DNA of 64,000 bases from an uncultured delta proteobacterium (GCA_963817385.1 CAWFOM010000008.1:37358-101357); one strand, 5' to 3'; numbered from the stretch's first letter, positions 42,791 through 54,492 are shown. The notes: generated by a model from the sequence alone, not told the origin. Program-made: numbers and translations.

Positions 42791-43994
42791 TACGTATCAT
42801 CCCGCCATCTCGAATCTTCTTCACCCGATCGAGGATGACACCGGCCACCTCCTGCTTGTCCATCAAGGGAAATGTCTCCACGGCACCCTCCCGGTCCATG
42901 ATCCGGATGATATTGGTATCGGTCCGGAAGCCGGCCCCCGGCTCGGTCAGGTCGTTGGCTACGATAAAATCCATCCCCTTCTCCATTAGTTTGGTCCGGG
43001 CGTTTTCGATCAGATGGTCGGATTCCATCGAGAAACCGACGACGATGCGGCTTCCCTTCGCCTGGCCGATCTCGGAGATGATGTCCGGGTTCCTCTCCAG
43101 ACGTACGGTGAGCGGCCCCTCTTTCTTCTTGATTTTGATCGCCTGGCGGACCTCGGGCCGGTAATCGGACACGGCGGCGGCCTTGATCACAACCGTCGCC
43201 TCCTCCAGGCGGGCCATCACGGCATCACGCATCTCGAGGGCCGTCTTCACCGGGATGAATTCGATGCCGCGCGGAACGGAAAGTGCCGTCGGTCCGCTGA
43301 TCAGCGTCACGGCAGCCCCTCTTCTCCTGGCGATAACCGCCAGGGCATATCCCATTTTGCCGGATGAGTAGTTGGTGATATACCGGACCGGATCGAATGG
43401 CTCCTGCGTGGGTCCCGCCGTCACGAGGATCCTCTCTTGACGAAGATCCTTCGGCGAGAGAATCGCCTCGATCTCTTCGACGATCTCCGGCGCATCCGGA
43501 AGCCTCCCCTGACCTTCGGTCCGACAGGCCAGCTCCCCGTACCCCGGCTCCAGGAGGGTATGGCCGCGGGAAACCAGCCGCTCAAGATTTTCCTTCACGA
43601 TGGCATTTGCATACATTTTATCATTCATCGCCGGACAGATGAGGACGGGTGCGGTTGTCGCCATCAGGACCGTAGTCAGGAGATCGTCGGCAATACCTGC
43701 GGCCATCTTGCCGATGATGTTGGCCGTCGCCGGCGCGACGACGAGAATTTCGGCAAATTCGGCCAGCTTGATGTGGTCGATCTCATAGCGTCCGGTTAGC
43801 TGGAAGAGTTCCTTAGAAACCGGATTGCCGGACAGGGTCTCGAAGGTTAGCGGCGCGACGAACTCGCAGGCATGGTCGGTCATGACCACCCGGACATTCG
43901 CCCCGCGCCGCACCAACTCCCTGACCAGCTCGGCAGCCTTGTATACGGCAATACCGCCGGTGACACCCAGAACGATTCGTCTCTCCTTCAACAT
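42780..43994 (-). CDS. coaBC: phosphopantothenoylcysteine decarboxylase/ligase
   Basis: GGIAVYKA, APATAN, PAMN, DPVRYITNYSSGKMG. Confidence 0.96.
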   Translation of the reverse strand: MLKERRIVLGVTGGIAVYKAAELVRELVRRGANVRVVMTDHACEFVAPLTFETLSGNPVSKELFQLTGRYEIDHIKLAEFAEILVVAPATANIIGKMAAGIADDLLTTVLMATTAPVLICPAMNDKMYANAIVKENLERLVSRGHTLLEPGYGELACRTEGQGRLPDAPEIVEEIEAILSPKDLRQERILVTAGPTQEPFDPVRYITNYSSGKMGYALAVIARRRGAAVTLISGPTALSVPRGIEFIPVKTALEMRDAVMARLEEATVVIKAAAVSDYRPEVRQAIKIKKKEGPLTVRLERNPDIISEIGQAKGSRIVVGFSMESDHLIENARTKLMEKGMDFIVANDLTEPGAGFRTDTNIIRIMDREGAVETFPLMDKQEVAGVILDRVKKIRDGGMIRNER

Positions 43995-44224
43995 GACGGT
44001 GCTCCTCTTTGAGCAGTGGAGTGAATAATTCTGTTAAACATATAGCAATTATGCCAATTAAGATCAAGGAATTCATGCCATGCGGAATCAGCCGCGGTTT
44101 TTCGCCTTGCAAAACGACCTCAAAGTGACTATACCGCTCTCAATCGAAGCTCTCCGCAGCAACCGGCTGAGGATCTTCGATCCTTCAGGGACAGTTCCTG
44201 ATTCACCGCGGAGGGATAACGGTC

Positions 44225-45553
44225 ATGAAAAGGCACTTCTGGTTTACGATCACGGGCTTAATCCTGCTTATGGCAGGCGGATGCGCATGGTTTTTCATGA
44301 CGATCGGGGAGGGCGACAGTCCTCAGGTCATTACCGAGGGGGACCCCGGCATGCTCGGAAGACAGAAACTTCTCGCAGTCACCTTTTCGGATGCGGGGAT
44401 GGGACTCCGCCATACGGAGATCATCATCACCCAGGACAACCGCCCCCGCGTCCTGTCTTCCCTCGAATATCCGGAGGCCGGCATCCGGCGGAAAGCGCTC
44501 TCCATCGCGGTGGATACTGCAGCCCTGAAGTTGCACGACGGCCCTGCTACTGTGACCCTGACGGCCGTCGATCATTCTCTCTGGAAGAACCGGACCGTGG
44601 TGGAACGGCCGGTGACGATCGACCTCCTACCGCCCCAGATCTTCCCGCTTAATCCCGCAAACCACATCAATCCAGGAGGTTCCTGTGTGGTTGCCTATCA
44701 CCTGTCGGAGGCGGCTTCCCAGACGGGCGTCCAGGTCGGCAATCTCTTCTACCCGGGCTATCCCGTCACGCTCTCGGGGAAACCCGGTTATGCGGCATAT
44801 TTCGCCCTTCCGATGGATGCGTCGCCGGGTACGCCGCAAATCCGCATCATGGCTCGCGATCGGGCCGAGAATGAAACCCTGAGCGCTATCCCCGCCTTGA
44901 TCCTGAAACGGAAATTCCGCAGCGACACGATGGTCCTTTCCGACGCCTTCCTGGGGCAGAAGACACCGGAATTTCAGGCAATGATTCCCGCGCTCAGGGG
45001 TAAAACGGCCATTGAAACCTTTATCTACGTCAACACCCGGCTTCGCGACGAAAACCTTCAGACCATCCAGTCCGTGTGCCGGAAGTCGGAACCGCGACAG
45101 CTCTGGCAGGAGACCTTCATCCGGATGAAAAACGCCGCCCCCATGGCACTTTTCGGCGACCGCCGGACCTATCTCTATGGCGGAAAACCGGCGGGCGAAA
45201 GCATCCATACGGGGGTGGACCTCGCATCCCTGGCCCACGCTCCGATCGAGGCCGCCAACGCCGGCATCGTACGTTTCGCCGGCCCGCTCGGGATCTACGG
45301 CAATGCCATCATCATCGATCATGGTCTCGGGCTGGCAACCCTTTACGGCCACCTGAGCGCCATCGCGGTCCGCCCGGATCAGAGCGTGAAGCGGGGCGAG
45401 GCCATCGGTACGTCGGGCGCAAGCGGGCTCGCCGGCGGGGATCACCTCCATTTCAGCGTTATGGTCAATGGGCAGTTCGTCGATCCCCGTGAATGGTGGG
45501 ACCCCCACTGGATTGAAGACAACGTTACGAAGAAGTTGGCGGCGGGTTCTTAG
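44225..45553 (+). CDS. M23 family metallopeptidase
   Basis: HTGVD, YGHLS, HLHF. Confidence 0.9.
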   Translation: MKRHFWFTITGLILLMAGGCAWFFMTIGEGDSPQVITEGDPGMLGRQKLLAVTFSDAGMGLRHTEIIITQDNRPRVLSSLEYPEAGIRRKALSIAVDTAALKLHDGPATVTLTAVDHSLWKNRTVVERPVTIDLLPPQIFPLNPANHINPGGSCVVAYHLSEAASQTGVQVGNLFYPGYPVTLSGKPGYAAYFALPMDASPGTPQIRIMARDRAENETLSAIPALILKRKFRSDTMVLSDAFLGQKTPEFQAMIPALRGKTAIETFIYVNTRLRDENLQTIQSVCRKSEPRQLWQETFIRMKNAAPMALFGDRRTYLYGGKPAGESIHTGVDLASLAHAPIEAANAGIVRFAGPLGIYGNAIIIDHGLGLATLYGHLSAIAVRPDQSVKRGEAIGTSGASGLAGGDHLHFSVMVNGQFVDPREWWDPHWIEDNVTKKLAAGS

Positions 45554-46416
45554 GATTTACCGATGTCCCGGTGGGCAATGTTTACGAAATAGCCTTTGTC
45601 GGCAAAGTAGGCCCCCAGATGGTTGGCCATAACGACGGAACGGTGATGGCCGCCTGTGCAGCCGAGGGCGATGTTGAAGCGGGACTTTCCTTCCTTCTCG
45701 TAAAGTGGAATGAGAAACGCCATCAGATCGAACAACTTCCTGATAAAGATCTTTCCTCCTTCCGATTCAAGGACATAATCCCTGACCCGGGGGTCATGAC
45801 CATCGCAGTAACGCAACTCGTCGTTGAAATGAGGATTGGGAAGGAAACGGACATCCAGAACCATGTCCGCATCTGCCGGCAACCCGTAGCGGTAACCGAA
45901 AGAGATCACGTGGATCACGAGTCTCTTCCCCGACTTTGTCCCAAGGAAGTAGTGTTGGACGACGTCCTTGAGCTGATGAACATTGCAGGAAGTGGTATCG
46001 ATTACCTTGTCGGCCATCCGCTTCATCGATGCAAGTTTTTCCCGCTCCAGGCTGATGCCGTCCATAAGAGAACCACGCGGGGCGAGCGGATGCGATCGTC
46101 GTGTCTCGCTGAATCGGTGCAGGATCGCCTCGTCGGTAGCATCGAAAAAGAGGACTTTGATCCGGTAACCCTTTTCCTTAAGGCGGGTGAAGATCCGCGC
46201 GTATTTCGCCAGGAATCCCCTCTCCCGAAGATCCATGACCATTGCGACCCGCTTGATCTCCTTGGCGGGATCGGACTGGATCTCCAGAAATTTGGGCAAG
46301 AGAACCACCGGCAGGTTATCGACACAGAAAAAGCCGATGTCCTCGAGGGCCCTCAGGGCGGTACTTTTCCCTGACCCGGATAGTCCCGTTATGATAACCA
46401 CTCGCAGCTGTTTCAT
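45550..46416 (-). CDS. rapZ: RNase adapter RapZ
   Basis: [31 protein letters not shown]. Confidence 0.95.
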   Translation of the reverse strand: MKQLRVVIITGLSGSGKSTALRALEDIGFFCVDNLPVVLLPKFLEIQSDPAKEIKRVAMVMDLRERGFLAKYARIFTRLKEKGYRIKVLFFDATDEAILHRFSETRRSHPLAPRGSLMDGISLEREKLASMKRMADKVIDTTSCNVHQLKDVVQHYFLGTKSGKRLVIHVISFGYRYGLPADADMVLDVRFLPNPHFNDELRYCDGHDPRVRDYVLESEGGKIFIRKLFDLMAFLIPLYEKEGKSRFNIALGCTGGHHRSVVMANHLGAYFADKGYFVNIAHRDIGKS

Positions 46417-46440
46417 TATCCGTTCCTTGCGGACATATCG

Positions 46441-46902
46441 TTACGACTCGTTATCCTTTTCGGCGATGATCCGCACGAGATCATCATGCATTTTTGCCTC
46501 CAGCAGGTTCCTCCTGAAAACTCCGTCCTTCATCATCCGGGAGATCTTCGCCAGGGCTTTGAGATGCTGACCGGTCGAATTCGCCGGCGCCATGAGTAGG
46601 AAAAAGAGATGGGCTGGCTTGCCGTCCATTGCCTCAAAGTCGATCCCCTGCCTGCTCCTGCCGAAGGCAATCACCATCTCATCGAGACCCGCGATCTTGC
46701 CGTGGGGAATGGCAATCCCGTCACCGATACCGGTGCTTCCGAGCTTCTCCCGCTCAAGGAGGACGTGTAGCATTGCCTCGGGATCGACCCTGCACTCTCC
46801 CTTCGCAAAGACGCCGGCCAGTTCCGCCAGCGTTTCGCGCTTGTTTCCCGCCTTCATCTCATACAGAATGAACTCTTTCCTGAGCATCTTCGCAATATTC
46901 AT
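46441..46902 (-). CDS. ptsN: PTS EIIA(Ntr)-like protein
   Basis: REKLGSTGIGDGIAIPH. Confidence 0.88.
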   Translation of the reverse strand: MNIAKMLRKEFILYEMKAGNKRETLAELAGVFAKGECRVDPEAMLHVLLEREKLGSTGIGDGIAIPHGKIAGLDEMVIAFGRSRQGIDFEAMDGKPAHLFFLLMAPANSTGQHLKALAKISRMMKDGVFRRNLLEAKMHDDLVRIIAEKDNES

Positions 46903-46919
46903 GGTTCCTTCCCCAAACC

Positions 46920-47456
46920 TCAACGACTGATCTCCATCAGTGCGAATTTCCCATCTTCGCGACGATAGATGACGTTGACATTTTCCGTGGAGGAATCACG
47001 GTAGATCACAAACCGGTTTTTTGATGTCTCCATTTCCATGACCGCATCCTCAATGGACATCGGTTTCAACACGATTTTGCGGGTTTCGACCACCTTTGAT
47101 TCCGGCGACTCGTCACCTTCTTCAGCCGCCAATTCGCCCTCGGCCGATCCGCTCCGGGAATGGTTGCTTTTGAAACCGCGGATCTTCTCCTTGTGTTTCT
47201 TCAGTTGCCGCTCGATCTTTTCAATGGCGTTGTCTATGGCCAAGTGCATATCCTTCTCTTCTTCCTTGCTGTTGACGTTCAAACCATTCGCCATCAGATT
47301 GATTTCCGCACTATTCCGGAATTTTTCAACCGAGAGGATGACATGGGCATCCACCGGATTATCGATGTATCTCTTCAGTTTATTCAGCCGTTGCTCTACA
47401 TATTCCTTCTGCCAGTCTTCCCCTTCTGCATTCCTGAAGGTTACAGAAATTTTCAT
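46920..47456 (-). CDS. hpf: ribosome hibernation factor (long HPF)
   Basis: IERQLKKHKEK; C-terminal KPMSIEDAV..NVIYRR; follows rpoN. Confidence 0.9.
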   Translation of the reverse strand: MKISVTFRNAEGEDWQKEYVEQRLNKLKRYIDNPVDAHVILSVEKFRNSAEINLMANGLNVNSKEEEKDMHLAIDNAIEKIERQLKKHKEKIRGFKSNHSRSGSAEGELAAEEGDESPESKVVETRKIVLKPMSIEDAVMEMETSKNRFVIYRDSSTENVNVIYRREDGKFALMEISR

Positions 47457-47562
47457 GATCATCTCCTCCTGTGTCTGATTTACCCGCTCCCGCCATCAGC
47501 CGGGTTATCTGTTGGATCGGCAATACCGTAGGCTATGCGTATTTGCTTGACTTGATCCCGCG

Positions 47563-49029
47563 TTAAAAATATTTCTTCCTCCGGGAAGACGGCAAAACGC
47601 CCATTACATCCCGGTATTTTGCAACAGTCCGCCGCGCAATCGATATGCCCGAGGCCTTCTTAAGCCGCTCGACGATTTCCTGGTCACTGAATGGTTTCCG
47701 GTGATTTTCCTCGCTGATGATCTTTCGGATATCTTCCTGCACGCTCTTGGAGGCTACATCATCGCCGCCGGTCCGATGAATACTGCTACCGAAGAAGTAC
47801 TTCATCTCGAAGATGCCCCGCGGGGTGTGCATATACTTGTTCGTTACGACACGACTGATCGTGGATTCGTGCATCTCTACGTCATCGGCTATATCCCGCA
47901 GGATCAGCGGCTTCAGAAAACTGATTCCCCCGTCGAAGAATTCCTTCTGATACCGGACGATGCTTTCGGCAACCCGATAAATCGTCTTTTGCCGCTGCTG
48001 GATACTCTTGATGAGCCAGGTTGCCGACTGCACTCGCTCCTTGATGTACTTCTTCCCGTTTTCCGCCTTCATGCCGCCGCTCATTCCGCTCATGATCTCG
48101 CGATAGAAATTACTGATCCGGAGTCTCGGCAGACCATCTTCATTGAGGACGATCTTGTAATCGTCACCGCTCCTGACGACATAGACGTCCGGGACGATCG
48201 CCTGGATGCGTTCCTCATTGTAGACGCTTCCCGGTTTGGGATCCATGTTGGTTATGATGACCACGGCCGCCAGAACGTCGTCAAGAGTCACCTTCAATTT
48301 CCTGGCGATATGGGCATAATTCTTGATCTCAAGATCCTTCAGATGGCCGTTGATGATTTTTTCCACGAGAGGCTTTGCGCTCCCCAGCATCCTGGCCTGA
48401 ATGAGGAGGCATTCCCGGAGATCACGGGCGGCAATCCCGAGAGGATCGAACTCCTGGACCTTCTTGAGCACCTCTTCCACCAGAGGCGGATCGAACTTCT
48501 CCTGAGCGGCAATCTCCTCCAGCGTGGCCATAAGATAGCCGTTCTGGTCAAGGTTCCCGACGATCTGTTCGCCGATACGCCGTTCATCATCGGTAAGCCG
48601 GGACAGCAGGAGTTGCCACATGAGATGGTCCGTAAGCGATGTTTTGTCGACGATGAGGTTATCCCAGGAAGGGGCGGTCCCTTCCTTCCGGTCGTACGTC
48701 ACCCCCATAGGGCCGTAGTCTTCCACATAATTGTCCCAGTCGAACTCCTCGCGGCCGTCTCCCTCTCCCGTCAGCTCCCCCGTCCGCTCCGGCGGAGGTG
48801 TGTCTTCCCGTGCGCCTTCCTCGGTCTGTTCGGGTTCGATCTTCTTTTCCGCTTCGGGATCCTCATCCGAGGCGATTTCCTCGAGGAGCGGATTCTCTTC
48901 GATTTCCTGGTTGACCGCATCAACCAGGTCCAGTCTCGACAACTGCAGGAGTTTGATGGCCTGCTGGAGCTGGGGCGTCATGATCAGCTGCTGGGTCAGT
49001 TTCAGATTCTGTTTGAGTTCAAAAGCCAT
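47563..49029 (-). CDS. rpoN: RNA polymerase sigma-54 factor
   Basis: TPQLQQAIKLLQL, HESTISR, ARRTVAKYR. Confidence 0.97.
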   Translation of the reverse strand: MAFELKQNLKLTQQLIMTPQLQQAIKLLQLSRLDLVDAVNQEIEENPLLEEIASDEDPEAEKKIEPEQTEEGAREDTPPPERTGELTGEGDGREEFDWDNYVEDYGPMGVTYDRKEGTAPSWDNLIVDKTSLTDHLMWQLLLSRLTDDERRIGEQIVGNLDQNGYLMATLEEIAAQEKFDPPLVEEVLKKVQEFDPLGIAARDLRECLLIQARMLGSAKPLVEKIINGHLKDLEIKNYAHIARKLKVTLDDVLAAVVIITNMDPKPGSVYNEERIQAIVPDVYVVRSGDDYKIVLNEDGLPRLRISNFYREIMSGMSGGMKAENGKKYIKERVQSATWLIKSIQQRQKTIYRVAESIVRYQKEFFDGGISFLKPLILRDIADDVEMHESTISRVVTNKYMHTPRGIFEMKYFFGSSIHRTGGDDVASKSVQEDIRKIISEENHRKPFSDQEIVERLKKASGISIARRTVAKYRDVMGVLPSSRRKKYF

Positions 49030-49057
49030 GTTTCGACAGTATTACCTTCCATTCCGA

Positions 49058-49780
49058 TCAGAATTTGAAGTCATCCCCGAAATAGATCTTTCGCGCAAGT
49101 TCACTGGCGGCGATCATCTCCGGCGTTCCCTCCACGAGAACCGACCCTTCGCTCACGATATATGCCCGATCACATACGGAAAGGGTTTCGCGAACATTAT
49201 GATCGGAGATAACCACCCCGATCCCCTTCATCTTGAGTTGGGCGATGATCTTCCCGATTTCCGCTACCGCTAAAGGGTCAATCCCCGCAAATGGTTCATC
49301 AAGGAGAATATATTTCGGCGCGGTGACGAGCGCCCTCGTTATCTCAACCCGCCTCCGTTCTCCCCCGGAAAGCGAATATGCCCTGATTCCCGCCAGCGCC
49401 GTCAGATCGAGTTCAGCCAACAGCGCGCGGAGACGCTCCTCTCGCTCCTCCGGAGTTATGGGTAGCGTCTCGAGAATGGCCATGATGTTCTCCCGCACCG
49501 TCAGCTTCCTGAAGATGGACGGTTCCTGCGGCAGGTAATTCAGCCCTCTCCGCGCTCGAATGTACATCGGACACTGGCTGAGATCCTCGCCGTCCAGGGA
49601 GATCATTCCGCCGTCCGGTTTGATGAGGCCGACAATCAGATAAAATGTCGTCGTCTTCCCGGCGCCGTTCGGTCCCAAGAGGCCTACGACTTCCCCCGGA
49701 TTTATCTCCAGGTTTATTCCGTTGACCACCCTCCTGCCGGTGTAAATCTTGATCAGCCCTGCGGCAGTCAGCTTTCCCAT
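49058..49780 (-). CDS. lptB: LPS export ABC ATPase
   Basis: GPNGAGKTT, YLPQEPSIFRKL, DEPFAGIDP, DHNVRETL. Confidence 0.95.
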   Translation of the reverse strand: MGKLTAAGLIKIYTGRRVVNGINLEINPGEVVGLLGPNGAGKTTTFYLIVGLIKPDGGMISLDGEDLSQCPMYIRARRGLNYLPQEPSIFRKLTVRENIMAILETLPITPEEREERLRALLAELDLTALAGIRAYSLSGGERRRVEITRALVTAPKYILLDEPFAGIDPLAVAEIGKIIAQLKMKGIGVVISDHNVRETLSVCDRAYIVSEGSVLVEGTPEMIAASELARKIYFGDDFKF

Positions 49781-49815
49781 GCAGACATCACCAGGCACAC
49801 CCGGAGGGACGGCCT

Positions 49816-50376
49816 TCACCGCTTCTTTTCCTGCTGATCCCCGGGATAGATCGTGGCCGTCACGCGCTTGTTTTCCGCGCTTTCCACGACCCCCCGGTTC
49901 TCATTCAGGAACACGACAATCCGGTCACCTCGGACGATATTTTTCCCCTCGCGCATGACCGCGCCGCCCGTCATGGTGATCTTCTGGGCATCCTGATCGA
50001 AGACGGCCTCATCCCCGGTCACAATCCGCTCTCCTTCGGTGATCGTGACATGACCCACCGCCTCAACCCGGTCCAGATTCCCGGTTCCTTCCGCCTCTCC
50101 AGTCGATCGACCGGCGGGCTTTGTTTCTTCCTTGTAGTAGAGCGTCAGGCGGTCCGACCGGATCGTCCGGGCGCCCTGTGTCGCCACTGCATTACCGGAA
50201 AAAACCACCATCCGTTTTTCATTATAGGCATCCAGACGGTCCGAAACGATCTGTATCGGCTGATCCTGTTCGATCCGGGGCCTCTGCTTCGACTGGCCCG
50301 AAACGCCATCCGGCTGCCACAGGGCGGTAATCATAACACCCAGGCAAACAACGATTGTGATGGTCCTCCCCTGCAT
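49816..50376 (-). CDS. lptA: LPS transport periplasmic protein
   Basis: PIQIVSDRL, FSGNAVATQG; operon position. Confidence 0.88.
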   Translation of the reverse strand: MQGRTITIVVCLGVMITALWQPDGVSGQSKQRPRIEQDQPIQIVSDRLDAYNEKRMVVFSGNAVATQGARTIRSDRLTLYYKEETKPAGRSTGEAEGTGNLDRVEAVGHVTITEGERIVTGDEAVFDQDAQKITMTGGAVMREGKNIVRGDRIVVFLNENRGVVESAENKRVTATIYPGDQQEKKR

Positions 50377-50945
50377 TACGGTATCCCTCTCATTCCTCCC
50401 GCAGAGATTGCCCGAACCTGCGAGAGGATGGTGAGCTTCTGCTCGTCAAGGGAGAAGATCATTCCCACACCGCTGACCCGAACACTTCTGTTTTCCATCG
50501 CGACCGGCCGGTCGGTCTCCATCACCCGGTCGGCATTCCGGTATTGGAGGCGCTCCGTCGTAAACCGGTCGCCATTCTCCGACACAATGCCGACATGTCC
50601 CTCGATCTCGATATCACGCGATTCGGTATTGAACCGGCCCCGATCTCCGGCCATCACGAACGTCTTTCCGTCTTTCGTCACAAGCCTGACATTCAGCTTA
50701 TCAAAGAAAGCCATGTTTTCCTTCTTCTGATATCTGGCCGTATCCGCGGTGATCTCCCACTTCATGCCGGACTCGCCGACCTCGGTATAATGGACATTCC
50801 GGACCTGCAGATCGACCCGGTCCGCCATGATATTCAGGAGGGCCTTCCCCGGTTCCCTCCGGATTCCGATCATGATCGCCGCCGCAACGAGAAGGACTGT
50901 GAAGGCCGCGACGATGAGCACCGTCTTTCTTTTGTTCTTCATCAT
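50376..50945 (-). CDS. lptC: LPS export protein LptC
   Basis: N-terminal TM plus beta-jellyroll pattern; operon position. Confidence 0.85.
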   Translation of the reverse strand: MMKNKRKTVLIVAAFTVLLVAAAIMIGIRREPGKALLNIMADRVDLQVRNVHYTEVGESGMKWEITADTARYQKKENMAFFDKLNVRLVTKDGKTFVMAGDRGRFNTESRDIEIEGHVGIVSENGDRFTTERLQYRNADRVMETDRPVAMENRSVRVSGVGMIFSLDEQKLTILSQVRAISAGGMRGIP

Positions 50946-51065
50946 CCCCGCCAGAGGTCTTGCCCATCAAACCGGCGGCCGTTCGCACCGATAAGGTCAC
51001 AAATTTTATACCATCCGCGCCGACAGATGTAAAGATTAAACATAGTTTCTAATGATACCGTATAG

Positions 51066-51611
51066 TTACTCAAATTCATATCTCGCGGCCACATCCGCCC
51101 ACCAGCCCTGGGCCTTGAGGATCACCTCGCACACCTCCCGGACTGCTCCCCTGCCACCGGGGCGGTTCGTCACATAATCGGCAACGTGCCGTACCTCCGG
51201 GACGGCATCTGCCGCAGCCACCGCGAAACCGACCCGCTTGAGGAGCGGGATATCAACGACATCATCCCCGACAAATGCTGTCTCTTCCGGAGCGAGTTTT
51301 CGCCTCTCCAGAACACCGCCGAAGGCTTCCAATTTGTTCCGGATGCCTTGATAAACCTCGGTGATCCCCAGATCGGCGGCGCGGTGCTCGACTACTCGTG
51401 ATCTCCTTCCCGTCAAGAGCACTACATCGATGTTGTATCTCATGAGAATTTTCAGGCCGTGACCGTCCTTCACATCGAAATGCTTGCTCTCGAGCCCTGC
51501 ATCGTCGATGATGATCCTCCCGTCGGTCATCACCCCATCAACATCCAAGATAAGGAGTCTCACCTTGCGAATCTTGTTTAACAGCCGTTCATCAGTCACT
51601 TCACTCCCCAT
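51066..51611 (-). CDS. kdsC: KDO 8-phosphate phosphatase
   Basis: DVDGVMTDG, GDDVVD, GGRGAVRE. Confidence 0.93.
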   Translation of the reverse strand: MGSEVTDERLLNKIRKVRLLILDVDGVMTDGRIIIDDAGLESKHFDVKDGHGLKILMRYNIDVVLLTGRRSRVVEHRAADLGITEVYQGIRNKLEAFGGVLERRKLAPEETAFVGDDVVDIPLLKRVGFAVAAADAVPEVRHVADYVTNRPGGRGAVREVCEVILKAQGWWADVAARYEFE

Positions 51612-51638
51612 GTTCCTCCTCTTCTCGCCGTAGCCTTT

Positions 51639-52466
51639 TTACCCTCTCGTTTCCCGGACGACGGCATCGATCCTCTTGAGTGTGGTCAACAGTGCCGGCA
51701 GGCTATCCAGGGCCAGTGAATTGGGTCCGTCACACAGTGCGCGGTCCGGATCCGGATGGACTTCAAGAAACAGGCCATCGATTCCGGCAGCGACCGCCGC
51801 CCGGGCGAGACCGGGAACCATGCGACGGTCACCGCCCGAGGCCTTCCCTGCCCCACCGGGCAGTTGCACGCTATGCGTCGCATCGAAGATCACCGGATAT
51901 CCCATCTGTCGCAGCATCGGAAAGGTGCGGAAATCGACCACCAGGTTATTGTAGCCGAAACTGGTCCCCCGCTCGGTCAGCATCAGATTTTCATTGCCGG
52001 CCGCCGCGGATTTTTCCAGGATATGGGCGGCATCCCAGGGAGCGAGAAACTGCCCCTTCTTGATATTCACCGCCCGCGCCTTCTTGGCCACCTCGGCAAC
52101 GAAGTCCGTCTGCCGGCAGAGAAATGCGGGGATTTGCAGGACGTCAAGGACGCGCGCGGCAGGATCGATCTCTTCGAAACGATGGACATCGGAGAGAACG
52201 GGGATGTCGAACTCTTCCCGGACCCTTTGGAGGATCTCCAGTCCCCGGGTCAGACCCGGCCCTCGGTACCCCTCCCGCGATGTCCGGTTCGCTTTGTCAT
52301 AGGATGCCTTGAAGATGAAAGGGATCTCGATCTTCCCGGTCAGTTCCTTCAGATAGCGGGCTATCTCCAACGTCATCGCTTCATCCTCGATGACACAAGG
52401 CCCGGCGATAAGGGCCAGGGGAGCGCCCCCTCCCATGACGAGCCGGCCAACACGGATAGGTTTCAT
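51639..52466 (-). CDS. kdsA: KDO 8-phosphate synthase
   Basis: KASYDKANRTS, QIPAFLCRQTD, DATHSVQ. Confidence 0.96.
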   Translation of the reverse strand: MKPIRVGRLVMGGGAPLALIAGPCVIEDEAMTLEIARYLKELTGKIEIPFIFKASYDKANRTSREGYRGPGLTRGLEILQRVREEFDIPVLSDVHRFEEIDPAARVLDVLQIPAFLCRQTDFVAEVAKKARAVNIKKGQFLAPWDAAHILEKSAAAGNENLMLTERGTSFGYNNLVVDFRTFPMLRQMGYPVIFDATHSVQLPGGAGKASGGDRRMVPGLARAAVAAGIDGLFLEVHPDPDRALCDGPNSLALDSLPALLTTLKRIDAVVRETRG

Positions 52467-52482
52467 GAATGCGTGGCCTCCT

Positions 52483-54492
52483 TCATCCTTTCTGTTTTTG
52501 CTGTATGATCCTGATCTTCATCTGCGGAATCTTTCGCGCCGCCGTCGCCGAATCGGGATTCAGCCCATACGCGGATGTATACGCCTTCAGCGCATCTTGA
52601 AAAAGCCCCTTCTTCTCATAGGCTGCCCCAAGATTGACATAGACCTCGTCGTCCTCGGGATCATAGCGAAGCGACAACCGGTAATATTCGATCTGCCGGT
52701 CCAGGTCCCCCGCGAGACCATAAGCGTCTGCGGCGCTTGAATAGTAGGCAGCCTTCTTCGGATTCATCTCGATGAGTTTCTTGTAGATCCGGATGGCCTT
52801 ATCGTAGAGCTTTTCTTTCATGTATGCGTCAACTAAGGCATTGAGCGTTTCGGTCGTGGGACTGGCAGCGGCGAGCTTCTCATACAGGGCAATCGATTCC
52901 TTCGTCTTTCCCGTCTGGCTATACGCCTGGGCCAAGTTTTGGTGCATCCGGGGATCCTTTGCTCCGAGCTTTATCGCCTTTTGATAATTGTCAGCGGATT
53001 GGGCATGATTCTTCAGCTCGGCGTAGGCAAACCCAAGACGGCCATACAGCGCCGCCTTCCGAGGGCTCGTTTTTACTGCCTTCTCGTAGAGGGGTACTGC
53101 CTCGCTGAAACGTTTGGCCTTGAAATACAGATCGGCCAGTCGCTCCAGTGTATCCGGGTCGTCCGGCTTCAGTTCGAGGACCTTCTGGTACTCGCGGACA
53201 GCCTCCGCATCCCGTTTTCCCTTCTCATAGGCCGCGCCCAGATTAAAGTGGATCACCGGATCCTCCGGCTTAAGGTCGAGGGCCTTTCGGTAATTTTCGA
53301 TCTCTTCTTTGGCCATCCCTTTGCCGGCATAGGCCATGCCGAGGTTGGCATAGGCGGCGGCATTCTTCGGCTGTCGCTTCACGACCTCCTTATGCCAACG
53401 GATGGCCTCATCGATATTTCCCATCTTGAGGTAGAGATCGGCAAGGGCAATGGCCACATGATCGGCCTTCGGCACCTTATCCAAGACCAGTTGGTACTGT
53501 TCCACGGCCTTTCCGAGCTGCTTGGTCTTCTCATATGCCTCGCCCAGTCTGAATAAGGCCGAGGGATTGTCGGGGCGGATCTTCAAGGCATCCTGATACG
53601 AGGCGATGGCCTTGTTCCAGTTTCCCAGATGGCCCCAGGCAAAAGCCATGTTGGCAAGCGCTTCGTCATCCCGGGGATTAGCTTTGATGATCCGCGCGGA
53701 GATCCTGATAACCTCATCATACTGTCCGCTTTTCAGATAGCCCTTGACGAGTTCCGACAGAGCGGCCGCATCATCCGGTTTGAGCGCCAAGATCTCCAGA
53801 TACTGGGCAATAGCCTCGCGGGTCATGCCGGCATTGAGATAGAGAGAAGCCAACATCTTCCGTACGTTGGTATCCTCCCGGTTCAAGGCGATCGCCCTCT
53901 TGAGGTATTCAATTTGGACTTTCTGATTTCCTGAACTCCGCGCGTAACGCAGCCAATCCTGCGGGGTAATTTGCACCCGGATCGGTACGGACGCAATCAT
54001 CTCATCCCGATAGCTGATCCGGAAGAAATAGTCTCCCGATTTGTTTCCTCCCTGGCCATTCCGGCCGGTCAGCACCGCCTTGTCGACCAGATCGATCCCT
54101 TTGAGAAGCTTCCCGAAGATGTTCTTCCCCCCCATCTCATCGATACTTAAGGTAATCCCGCCTCCGAAGAGGACATCCGTCACAACGTTCTTGATCACGA
54201 ATTCGTCCCGGTAGGAGACCTCAAAAACATCTTGGGAGGTGAGGGCATAATCTTTCCCGTTTTTCTCCAGAATGAGCGTATAGAAATGCGGTTTCTGATC
54301 GAGGACGATAAAGGAAAAGGTATTCCGGACCCGGGCCAGAGATGCAGTAAGACCCCGTATCCCGCCAAGAGAGAGGAGTCCGGCGGTCATAACACTGATT
54401 GCCAGAAGCACGACGATCATCAGAACGATCCGGCGCTTCACGGATTTCCTTTTCTTCACCGGCCTTATCGCTTTGCCCGACGTATATTCCAT
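52483..54492 (-). CDS. membrane-anchored tetratricopeptide repeat protein
   Basis: N-terminal TM; long run of ~34-aa TPR units. Confidence 0.88.
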   Translation of the reverse strand: MEYTSGKAIRPVKKRKSVKRRIVLMIVVLLAISVMTAGLLSLGGIRGLTASLARVRNTFSFIVLDQKPHFYTLILEKNGKDYALTSQDVFEVSYRDEFVIKNVVTDVLFGGGITLSIDEMGGKNIFGKLLKGIDLVDKAVLTGRNGQGGNKSGDYFFRISYRDEMIASVPIRVQITPQDWLRYARSSGNQKVQIEYLKRAIALNREDTNVRKMLASLYLNAGMTREAIAQYLEILALKPDDAAALSELVKGYLKSGQYDEVIRISARIIKANPRDDEALANMAFAWGHLGNWNKAIASYQDALKIRPDNPSALFRLGEAYEKTKQLGKAVEQYQLVLDKVPKADHVAIALADLYLKMGNIDEAIRWHKEVVKRQPKNAAAYANLGMAYAGKGMAKEEIENYRKALDLKPEDPVIHFNLGAAYEKGKRDAEAVREYQKVLELKPDDPDTLERLADLYFKAKRFSEAVPLYEKAVKTSPRKAALYGRLGFAYAELKNHAQSADNYQKAIKLGAKDPRMHQNLAQAYSQTGKTKESIALYEKLAAASPTTETLNALVDAYMKEKLYDKAIRIYKKLIEMNPKKAAYYSSAADAYGLAGDLDRQIEYYRLSLRYDPEDDEVYVNLGAAYEKKGLFQDALKAYTSAYGLNPDSATAARKIPQMKIRIIQQKQKG

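Noticed and set aside
52483..54000. ~102-nt periodicity
   Set aside because: Explained by TPR protein repeats.
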